Assembly: GCA_949373085.1 (NCBI GenBank)
Contig: CASICJ010000020.1
Span: 11,657-75,656, forward strand
DNA length: 64,000 bases
Direction: 5' to 3'
Source: an uncultured Verrucomicrobiales bacterium
GTDB taxonomy: Bacteria; Verrucomicrobiota; Verrucomicrobiia; Verrucomicrobiales; Akkermansiaceae
Shown here: positions 47,045 through 55,529 of the stretch, one piece after another
Numbering within the stretch: position 1 is the stretch's first letter
Layout of the letters: each line of letters starts with the position of its first letter
The notes under the pieces: generated by a model
Seen by the model: only the letters and a program-made list of their open reading frames with translations
What the model was told of the DNA's origin: nothing
Databases searched by the model: none
Translations under genes and position numbers: made by a program

Positions 47045-49285
47045 TTATTGGCTCAAGGCAAATGCCTCTTCAAGAGCTTGTAGCGCTTCATCCGGCCCAA
47101 AAACTTCCGGCATCACAATAATCGGAGCACTAGGATCGGCTGGCACCACCAAATTCACGGGCAGATTGGCGCGGCCATAGCGCTTGAGGTCATCATTGAT
47201 TGATTGAAGCTTATCAGTGTTATCAGCTTGAATGAGGAGAACATCCAAGGCCTCCAAACGATCAAGAACTTTTTGATTCGAGAACACACGGCCCTCGTTC
47301 ACTTTACAAGTCGCTCACCAATCAGCAGTGTAGTCGACCCATATTATTCGTTTCTTGGAACGCGACTGCTCCATTATTCCCGGATACCACTCATTCCAGG
47401 CTAGTCCTGATTCGGGAGGCTTCGCCGTTGAGTAAGCCCATGCGATTCCGCCCACTGTCATAAGCCCAGCTAGACCAAACCCAGTGACGTAACGTTTCGT
47501 CTTTGTAATAGCTTGATTGCCATAACGGCCATACATGTAAACTCCGAGACCAATCAGGCAGAGCGCAAAGAGGAAGACGTTAAAGTGATCGTCACCGACC
47601 AACTTGAGATATCCCTTCATAAAAAAGACAGCGGTTGCGAAAACAAAGAAGGCCATGACCTGCTTAAAAGTTTCCATCCAGGCTCCCGGGCGAGGAAGCT
47701 TCTTGATAAGCGCGGGGAAGAAGGACAACAAAATATAAGGTGAGGCAATTCCGAGTCCAAAGACGGTGAATACCGCAAACTGGATTACCTTGTTATCCTG
47801 CGAAAGCGCAAAAGCCATCACCGCTCCCAGGAAAGGTCCAGAGCAAGGGGTCGCAACGAGGGTGGTCAAGGCTCCTGAGAAGAACGACCCAGAGTAACCT
47901 TTCTTCCCCTGTAGCTCTCCGCCAACACTTGTCATGCTCGTTCCAATTTCAAAAACCCCATAAAGATTAAGACCCATCAGGAAAAAAACGATAATCATCG
48001 TCCCAAGGAAGATGGGATTGGCCAATTGCTGCCCCCAATCAAGTTTGAGGGAAATGATAAATGCGGCAAGGATCCACATCGTAATCAGAAGTCCAAGACC
48101 GAACACCAAACCATGTAGCTTGATCTTATCTTCATCCTCCCCGGCTTGCGAAACAAAGCCCATGATTTTGAGACCTAGCACCGGAAAGACACAGGGCATA
48201 AGGTTGAGAATCAACCCTCCGAGAAAGACCAAACCAAGCGATGAAATAAAGGTCACTTGCTTCTCTTGTTCGCCGCCTAAAAGAACAACTTCGGGCCGGG
48301 CATCCGCATCATAAACCGCAAGACCCGCTTCGCGGTCCTCTTTAGACGCCTTGATCACTTTTTCGCTTGGACCGTTCATCTGCACATCGGCATCCGGAAT
48401 GAATGCAGCTGCAACCTCCAAACCAATGGGGCCATAATCGGACTGAACAGTCAGTAGGCCAGACAAGCTTTCCTGGACTTCCCCGGCATCAATGAAGAGA
48501 TCTTCATTCCCTTCATTCCGTGTGAGCGTCACGATGATTTCACTCTTGCCAATCTCAACCTTCTGATTGGCCTGCGAATCAATCTGTTTGTCAGTCGAGA
48601 AAAAGTAAACTGGCTCACTGAGCTCCAGACCTTCCGGATAAATGGCCTTTAGCGTAATTACATTACTTTTCTCGGTTGCGAGAAAACCCCATGCCGAACT
48701 ATCCCTTGGCAGCTTCTTGCCAGCCTCCTCAAAAAGAGCCTCATCGGCTTCAACCATCAAGGTTTCATCGCCAACTTTAATCATGAAGGAGAAATCCTGA
48801 TTTCCGAGCATACAAGTCTCATCACATTCCTGCCAATTGAAGCTGCCCTTGATGTTAAAATCCTTGCCCCTTTCAAGATTTTCATCGGCTACGATCTCGG
48901 TCACAAAGATCGCTTTGCCTTCATATCCATACCCCACCGACTCGACTCCGGTCGATATCGATTTAAAAGCCTTGGGGAGAGGAAACAGTAATTCACCAGC
49001 CGTAAATCCATCAGGAAGCTCCCACTCGACGGACGGAGGATCCCCCACCATTCCAGCATTCTTAAAATAGGCATGGAACTTGGGCTGCAGATCTAGAATA
49101 AATGCCACCCTAAAAAAATCGCCCGGCTCGATCTGAGTGACCTCCGACTTAATCGTCGCAGTCGTTTCCTTCGTCAGAAACGCCGGTTCGCCAAAAGGAT
49201 CTTGCGCAGAAACAAGCGGCGCGAGGATTGCAGTGAAGATAAAAATGAGAAATCGATGCTTCATTGGTTCTGACTGATTGTCCAT
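47045..49285 (-). CDS. DsbD/ScsB-type protein-disulfide reductase with an in-frame TGA (predicted selenocysteine) in the thioredoxin-domain UxxC motif
   Basis: ORFs 47315-49285 and 47045-47302 are in the same frame, separated only by TGA + GCG ACT TGT AAA. The joined sequence reads IIWVDYTADW-[TGA]-ATCKVNEGRVF, which aligns with the E. coli DsbD gamma domain [21 protein letters not shown]. Upstream are a DsbD_N-like domain (WQECDETC) and a CcdA-like core (LNLMPCVFPVL, ATPCSGPFLG). The downstream piece has no ATG, only an in-frame GTG. Confidence 0.7.
47274..47301 (-). promoter_or_regulatory. Candidate bacterial SECIS hairpin downstream of the in-frame UGA
   Basis: The mRNA reads UGA-a-CGAGGGC-CGUGU-GUUCUCG-aa-UCA. 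The upper stem is 7 bp (5 Watson-Crick + 2 G-U), the lower stem is 3 bp, and the 5-nt loop contains G and GU. The lower stem starts 13 nt after the UGA at 47315-47317, and the upper stem starts 17 nt after it. Confidence 0.45.
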
Positions 49286-49430
49286 TGGAGCGACGTGGTA
49301 GCCAGTTTCTTCCCGCTTTTTTTTCGAAACCTGACAATCAATCAGGAAGATTTCACCTCAGCCCCGGTAATATTGTCCCTCAACCAACTCCAAACTGGAG
49401 CCTTACAGATTCTTCCTCCAATCTCTTCTT

Positions 49431-51533
49431 ATGCGACTCACGGTACACGGAAAGCACTTCCATCTCGATGGAAGACCGCACTTTCTGCGTACCATCACTT
49501 ATGGCCCCTTTCACTCGACCTCAGGCCACTCGCCTGAAAAAGACTTCCCGGAAATCCGCTCCGCCGGATTCGATTCCGTCCGAATATACGCCCTCCCGGA
49601 TCGCCGTCTCCTCGATAACGCCGCTCAAAACGACCTGATCGTCATCGCCACCCACGCCTGGGGACACGGTTGCGACTTCATCACGGAGAATCCCGGCCTC
49701 CTCAACCAAGCCAGACGGGACCTCACCGCCTGGCTCGAAAGTCACAAAGATCACCCCGGCCTAGGCGCGATTCTCGTCGGAAACGAAATCCCTTCCGACA
49801 TGGCCCGCTGGATGACTCCGTGGAAAGTTAATCGGGCCCTCGATGGCCTCATCCGCGCCTGCCAAAAAGTGGCGCCTGGCATCCCCGTCGGCTACGCTAA
49901 CTTTCCCACCACCGAATACCTTGAACCACCCTCGGCAGACTTCACCGCCTTCAACATTTACCTCGAAGACGGCAAAGCGCTCGCAAGCTACCTCCCGCGC
50001 CTTCACCACCTCGCCGGCGACCGTCCCGTTTACCTCACCGAATTTGGCCTCGACACCAACCGTAACTCCGAGGACGTCCAAGCCGCTCTCCTACCTGCCG
50101 CCATCAAATCCACCCGCACCGCCGGATTCGCGGGAGCCACCCTTTACGCTTGGTCGGATCACTGGCTGAACAACGGCCAAATCATGGACGACTGGTCCTT
50201 CGGACTGATTCGTCGCGATGGCTCTGAAAAATCCGTCGTCCCCGCTCTTCGAGAACTCATCCTGCCAACTCCTCTCCCCTCAAACCCACCCCGCTTCTCC
50301 GTCATCATCTGCACCCGCAATGGTGCCGGCCGGATCGAAACCTGCATCAAGGCCTGTCAAAACATCGACTACCCCAACTACGAAATAATCATCGTTAACG
50401 ACGGCTCGACCGATGGCACCGCAACCCTTCTCGACAAACAGGAAAAAATCCGCATCTTTCACCTCGAACCCTCCGGGCTCTCCGCCGCGCGTAATCACGG
50501 TGCTGCAAAAGCAAACGGCGAAATCTTCGCCTTCACCGATGATGATTGCCGCCCTGACGAACAATGGCTCACTTGGCTCGCACGCGCTTATTCCGAATCT
50601 GACTACGCAGCCATTGGCGGACCAAATCTTGCTCCAAAACCCGAATCTCTGGCACTCGCCCTCACCACCGCCGCCCCCGGCGCTCCCACTCATGTCATGA
50701 TTGATGACATCACAGCCGAGCATCTGCCCGGCTGTCATCTTACTGTTAAAAAATCCGCCTTCGATCAGATCGATGGCTTCGATCCCATCTTCCACACCGC
50801 AGGCGACGACGTCGATTTCTGTTGGCGGCTGCGCGACGATGGCTTCACTCTCGGGTTTTCCGGAGCTTCCTTCGTCTGGCACCACCGCCGTGCCACTCCC
50901 TGGAAATATCTTAAACAACAAATGGGATATGGCCATGCTGAAGCCCTCCTCTTCAAAAAACATCCTCATCGCTTTTCCGAGGGTGGGATCCGCTGGGAAG
51001 GCTGCGTCTATCGGGGCGTCGCTCTCGGCATCGAGCCCGGCGACTTTATCTACTCTGGCCCGACTGGAGAAGCTCCCTACCAATCGCTTAGCAAAATGCT
51101 CCGGCAACCTATGCGTGGACTTCACCCTAATTACGACACCCCATTCAACCGTATTCTTCTTACGCTTCTGAGCTGCCTACAAAGCCACCTTCGTCACTGG
51201 AAACGAAAGCAAAATGGAGAACCATCTGCTCGCAGCAATTGGCCGGAATCACCCCTCGCAAATTCTCATACGACTTCGCAGCTCATTCTGACTCACGAAA
51301 ATGGCTTGGGCCGGCACGAGCTCTACCTCCTCCTCCTAGAACACGGATGGCAACCTTGCCCTGACCCTAATTTCGACTTGCAACGCGGAAGCTGCAAAAT
51401 CCTAGCCGCCACCGAGCAGACCGGCACCCCGACCAATCGGACTTTTATTGCACTGAGCGAGCCCTCCAACAGTCTACCCGCCCTTGCCTTCGAGGCTGGA
51501 TTTACGAGCGCTAATAGAATGGTGATAAGTTAG
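49431..51533 (+). CDS. Fusion protein: clan GH-A-like TIM-barrel glycoside hydrolase domain + family 2 glycosyltransferase
   Basis: N-terminal half has VGNEIP (acid/base NE) and YLTEFG (nucleophile E). The second half has GT2 blocks FSVIICTRN, IIVNDGSTDGT, FTDDDC and DVDFCWR. No signal peptide. Confidence 0.75.
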   Translation: MRLTVHGKHFHLDGRPHFLRTITYGPFHSTSGHSPEKDFPEIRSAGFDSVRIYALPDRRLLDNAAQNDLIVIATHAWGHGCDFITENPGLLNQARRDLTAWLESHKDHPGLGAILVGNEIPSDMARWMTPWKVNRALDGLIRACQKVAPGIPVGYANFPTTEYLEPPSADFTAFNIYLEDGKALASYLPRLHHLAGDRPVYLTEFGLDTNRNSEDVQAALLPAAIKSTRTAGFAGATLYAWSDHWLNNGQIMDDWSFGLIRRDGSEKSVVPALRELILPTPLPSNPPRFSVIICTRNGAGRIETCIKACQNIDYPNYEIIIVNDGSTDGTATLLDKQEKIRIFHLEPSGLSAARNHGAAKANGEIFAFTDDDCRPDEQWLTWLARAYSESDYAAIGGPNLAPKPESLALALTTAAPGAPTHVMIDDITAEHLPGCHLTVKKSAFDQIDGFDPIFHTAGDDVDFCWRLRDDGFTLGFSGASFVWHHRRATPWKYLKQQMGYGHAEALLFKKHPHRFSEGGIRWEGCVYRGVALGIEPGDFIYSGPTGEAPYQSLSKMLRQPMRGLHPNYDTPFNRILLTLLSCLQSHLRHWKRKQNGEPSARSNWPESPLANSHTTSQLILTHENGLGRHELYLLLLEHGWQPCPDPNFDLQRGSCKILAATEQTGTPTNRTFIALSEPSNSLPALAFEAGFTSANRMVIS

Positions 51534-51774
51534 TATTGATCATGAATCAATTTTCAATTTAGTAGTAATGACTTTGCTCTGAGACACCCACTAAAAAGAT
51601 TTTATTTTGTTTTCATCTGTTGAACACAACGAAAAATTCTCAGAAGTAAACCTCTACTTTTCGGGGTAGGTTTAATCCAAAAAATTATTTGAAACTGCTC
51701 GTCTAAGCCATGTATTTTCTTAGTTATCCTAACAACAAACGAGTAAAATTTTATAATAAAACCAAAGCCCCAAA

Positions 51775-52921
51775 ATGAAAATTAAGAATACTAAGACGCC
51801 ACTTCTTACCGCCCTGACCAGCCTCATCGGCCTCACTGGGACAGCTTCGGCTGACCTCCTGATCTACGAACCTTTCGATTACGAATCAACAGCCGAAATT
51901 AACGCAAACGGATTTTTCGGAGACGGCAATCAAGACGGAGCTTTTGGAATCGGAATCTGGAGCCAGATTTCCAACGGAATAGTCGGAACTGCCGCTGCGC
52001 CACCTACCAATGAGGGTGATGTTGCCGACGAAGGAGTGATTTTTACCGACGCTGAAGGCAACGAGCTCCCGGTTGCTGGAAATGCCTACGAACGCCGGGG
52101 GTAGAGTCGGCCAAGTCGCTTGCTTCTCTCCAATTGATGCAGTAGCCACTGCCGGACTAACTGCTGATAATTCGACAATGTGGATGACCTTTCTCTTCGA
52201 GGACTTTGGGTTTAGCGGGCCTGACTTCGGTATCGGACTCCACTCCGAAAAGATGATTGGTAATGATAATCAGGACCTTGAAGCTCCGGGTTTCGGCATT
52301 GGATTTGGGATTGTTGCCACTGGTGGGCAGGCCCGTAATATTGGCACTGCAGTTTATAATGATGCCGTCAATTTCACCCGCCAGTTTGAAGAAACTCCGA
52401 CCTTTAATGGCCCAGCAGCGAGCGAAACCTTCTTCCTTGCAATGAAGGTGAACTGGAAACCGGAAGGCACACCAGATGAGATTTTTGTATTTATTATCGA
52501 TAATCTAACAACCGAACCAGATGAGGCTGACGCCATTGCAAGCGACACTTTCGACTGGGATCTCGCCACCCAACAATCTCTAGATGTCTTCAACTTTAGT
52601 GACACTCAGGTCGGATATGTAGACGAAATTCGGGTTGGTAATTCCTTTGGCGATGTGGTCGGCGGCACCATCGCCTCATCATCTCTTCTGCAAATCACCA
52701 AGATCGCCTATACTCCAGGCGATCCTTCGGTATCGCTGACTTGGAATTCTAAAGAGGGTACCTCATATGCCGTGAGATATTCACGGGATATGGTCAATTG
52801 GGACTTTGACCTTGATGATGCCGTTCTTGGGACGGCCGATTCGACCACTCAAACCTTCAATCTCTCTGAATTTGGAATAGAGAACGAAACAAAATTGTAT
52901 TTCCGGGTCGAAAAGCAATGA
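51775..52921 (+). pseudogene. Secreted protein gene interrupted by a +1 frameshift in a G5 run (pseudogene or sequencing error)
   Basis: ORF 51775-52104 has a signal peptide and the LLIYEPFDY motif. ORF 52073-52921 overlaps it. Deleting one G from GGGGG (52097-52101) joins ...GNAYERRG to RVGQVACFSPID in one frame. Confidence 0.6.
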
Positions 52922-52983
52922 CGCTTAGAGGTGGGTAACCCCGGATGATTTACCGGCTCCGCTACAATCAGAATTTACTCAAA

Positions 52984-53019
52984 GGGAGTTGTCGAGCTTG
53001 CACTTCAACTCCCTTTTTT
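52984..53019 (+). terminator. Rho-independent terminator
   Basis: GGGAGTTG ... CAACTCCC forms an 8-bp stem (52984-53013) followed by T6 (53014-53019), about 60 nt after the stop at 52921. Confidence 0.75.
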
Positions 53020-53114
53020 CGTGTCGCCAAAAAACTAAGGGATAGTTTTAAATACCAGATCTTAAAGCGCAATTGCAAGACCTCCGACACCCACTAAGCT
53101 GCCGTCACTACTCC

Positions 53115-54398
53115 ATGAAGCACCTCCTTTTACTTCTCTGTTTGGTTACCTCTTCCCTCGCGGGAGAATGGACCATTCCACTTGCAGGCAATGCCTACCG
53201 TAACGCACCAGAACCCGGCAGCGGCATCAACCGTAGCGGAAAACTTGTCTGGTCTAACCCAAAAGACGTTCACTCGATCTATGTCCACCTCAATCAACCC
53301 GCCACTTTTGAAGTCGCTCTCCGAGGTGCCGCACCCGCACCCGCACGCTGGCAACTGGCCTCAAATGGCCAAAGCTTCAAAATCAATGTCAATGGAGCCA
53401 AACCAAAAAAACTTCTAGTAGGGAAAATCACCGCAGTAAAAGCAGGATATCTGAGACTCGACCTTTCTGGCCTCAAAAAAACAGGAACGAACTACGGCGA
53501 GATTGGCGATCTGATCCTGCGGTCGGAAAAGGACGGCCTGCAATTGAATTACGTTAAATCGAACAAAGACAATATGTTCTACTGGGGTCGCCGGGGGCCT
53601 TCCGTCCATCTTGGCTACCAAGTTCCAAAAGGGAAAAAAATCGAATGGGCTTACAGTGAAATTACGGTTCCAACAGGGGAGGACCCAATCGGCTCCTACT
53701 TCATGGCGAACGGTTTTAGCCAAGGTTACTTTGGTTTCCAGGTCAAAAGCCCTACCGAACGCTGGGTCCTCTTCTCGGTATGGAGTCCCTTTAAAACCAA
53801 CAACCCAAATACCGTCCCGGAAAAGGATCGTGTCACCACGCTAGCCAAAGGAAAAAACGTCCGCGCCCAAAAATTCGGAGGCGAAGGCTCCGGAGGACAG
53901 AGCTTTTTGAAATACCCATGGCAGGCCGGAAAAACCTATCGCTTTCTTACCCGCGTCCAGCCCAACGATGATAACACCACTATTTACACCTCCTGGTTTG
54001 GTGACAAGGAAGCTAATGAATGGCAACTCATCGCCACCTTCCGCCGCCCTAGCACCAAAGTACACCTCACCGGTTTCCACTCTTTCCTTGAGAATTTTTC
54101 GGTAAACTACGGATCCGTCAGGCGCCTCGGACTCTATGGTAATCAATGGGTTTGTGATACTGAAGGAAGGTGGCACGAAATCACCCGGGCCCGCTTCACG
54201 GCAGATGCCACCGCCCGCGGCGATCACCGACTCGACTATGCTGGCGGGACTAAAGACGGCTTCTTCTTCATGAAAAACGGGGGGTTCTTTGACGACCGAG
54301 TAAAGTTCGATCAATGGTTCGAAAAACCATCCAATCCGAAGGCTAAACCGGCCATCGATTTCAAAAGCTTACCCGGAGGCGAGCCAATCGGGAAATAG
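53115..54398 (+). CDS. DUF5077/DUF3472-like secreted protein
   Basis: Signal peptide from the ATG at 53115 (MKHLLLLLCLV). DUF3472-like blocks: MANGFSQGYFGFQV, WVLFSVWSP, and GGEGSGGQS. Confidence 0.7.
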   Translation: MKHLLLLLCLVTSSLAGEWTIPLAGNAYRNAPEPGSGINRSGKLVWSNPKDVHSIYVHLNQPATFEVALRGAAPAPARWQLASNGQSFKINVNGAKPKKLLVGKITAVKAGYLRLDLSGLKKTGTNYGEIGDLILRSEKDGLQLNYVKSNKDNMFYWGRRGPSVHLGYQVPKGKKIEWAYSEITVPTGEDPIGSYFMANGFSQGYFGFQVKSPTERWVLFSVWSPFKTNNPNTVPEKDRVTTLAKGKNVRAQKFGGEGSGGQSFLKYPWQAGKTYRFLTRVQPNDDNTTIYTSWFGDKEANEWQLIATFRRPSTKVHLTGFHSFLENFSVNYGSVRRLGLYGNQWVCDTEGRWHEITRARFTADATARGDHRLDYAGGTKDGFFFMKNGGFFDDRVKFDQWFEKPSNPKAKPAIDFKSLPGGEPIGK

Positions 54399-54461
54399 AG
54401 CTTTCTGCTACCCAAATTCAGGACCGATTTTCGAACTCCGTTACCAAAGCTTAACCCGGAT

Positions 54462-55433
54462 ATGCGAACCTCTGACTTTCACTACGAACTCCCACCGGAA
54501 CTTATTGCCTCGCGCCCTCTTGTCGACCGCGAGTCGTCGCGTATGATGCTCATCAACCGCGCTACCGGCGAGATCTCCCATCATCACTTCAGCGATTTTC
54601 CTGATCTCCTTCCACCGGATCACCTCCTCGTCCTCAACGACACCAAGGTCATTCCGGCACGGCTTTTCTCGAATGATAAAAAGATCGAGCTTGTTCGTAC
54701 CGATGCCCCCGACCCCAATCAATGGTGGTGCCTTGTTCGCCCCGGGAAAAAGATGAGAGACGGTCGGTCCGTGGAAGTCGGTAAAAGTACAGGAACCGTT
54801 ATACAAACGAATGACAAAGGAGAGCGCCTTATTAAATGGGACAGGCCTCCCGATCTCGAAGTGCATGGCCATCTTGCCCTCCCCCACTATATGGAGCGCG
54901 AGCCAGATAAATCTGACCGCGATCGTTATCAAACCGTTTACGCTAAAGAAGAAGGTGCGATCGCAGCCCCTACCGCTGGACTTCACTTTACTCCTGAACT
55001 CCTATCAAAACTCGATCATACCTTTCTGACCCTGCACGTCGGTGTGGGCACCTTTCGCCCCGTCAAAACTGATGATCCTCGTGAGCACGACATGCACTCG
55101 GAGCGCTACGTTCTCACTCAGGAAGCTGCAGGTAAAATCCAGACCGCCAAAAAAATCGCTGCAGTCGGAACCACTGTGACCCGTGTCCTTGAACACCTCG
55201 CCCGTGACCGGAGACTGGAAGCCTGCCACGGCGAAACTGACATCTTCATCTACCCCCCCTATGAATTCAAAGTAATAAGCGCCCTGCAGACTAACTTCCA
55301 CCTTCCTTGTAGCACCTTAATGATGCTCGTCTCAGCCTTCGCCACCCGCGAACTTATCATGGAAGCTTATGCCAAAGCAGTTGAAGAAAAATACCGTTTT
55401 TATTCTTATGGCGACTGCATGTTGATTATCTGA
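54462..55433 (+). CDS. queA: S-adenosylmethionine:tRNA ribosyltransferase-isomerase
   Basis: DFHYELPPELIA..P, AAPTAGLHFT, VGTT..R.LE, and FYSYGD. Confidence 0.95.
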   Translation: MRTSDFHYELPPELIASRPLVDRESSRMMLINRATGEISHHHFSDFPDLLPPDHLLVLNDTKVIPARLFSNDKKIELVRTDAPDPNQWWCLVRPGKKMRDGRSVEVGKSTGTVIQTNDKGERLIKWDRPPDLEVHGHLALPHYMEREPDKSDRDRYQTVYAKEEGAIAAPTAGLHFTPELLSKLDHTFLTLHVGVGTFRPVKTDDPREHDMHSERYVLTQEAAGKIQTAKKIAAVGTTVTRVLEHLARDRRLEACHGETDIFIYPPYEFKVISALQTNFHLPCSTLMMLVSAFATRELIMEAYAKAVEEKYRFYSYGDCMLII

Positions 55434-55529
55434 TCGCCTCATCAGGAACATCTCGAACCCTCCTCAAGATCATGAATACTGCCTTCGCTTTTCTTTTGCC
55501 CACTCACCCGCTTCCCCTAAAGTATCGAC

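Noticed and set aside
50280-51125. 281-aa minus-strand ORF inside the GH/GT2 gene
   Set aside because: It is entirely antisense to a CDS with clear GT2 motifs. Its translation is low-complexity (Gly/Ala/Val/Glu-rich) with no recognisable motif, which is typical of a spurious antisense ORF.
51534-51774. AT-rich 240-bp spacer that might mark a horizontally acquired island
   Set aside because: There is no integrase, tRNA, direct repeats or transposase nearby. The flanking genes have composition and families typical of the rest of the window. It is more likely just a promoter region.
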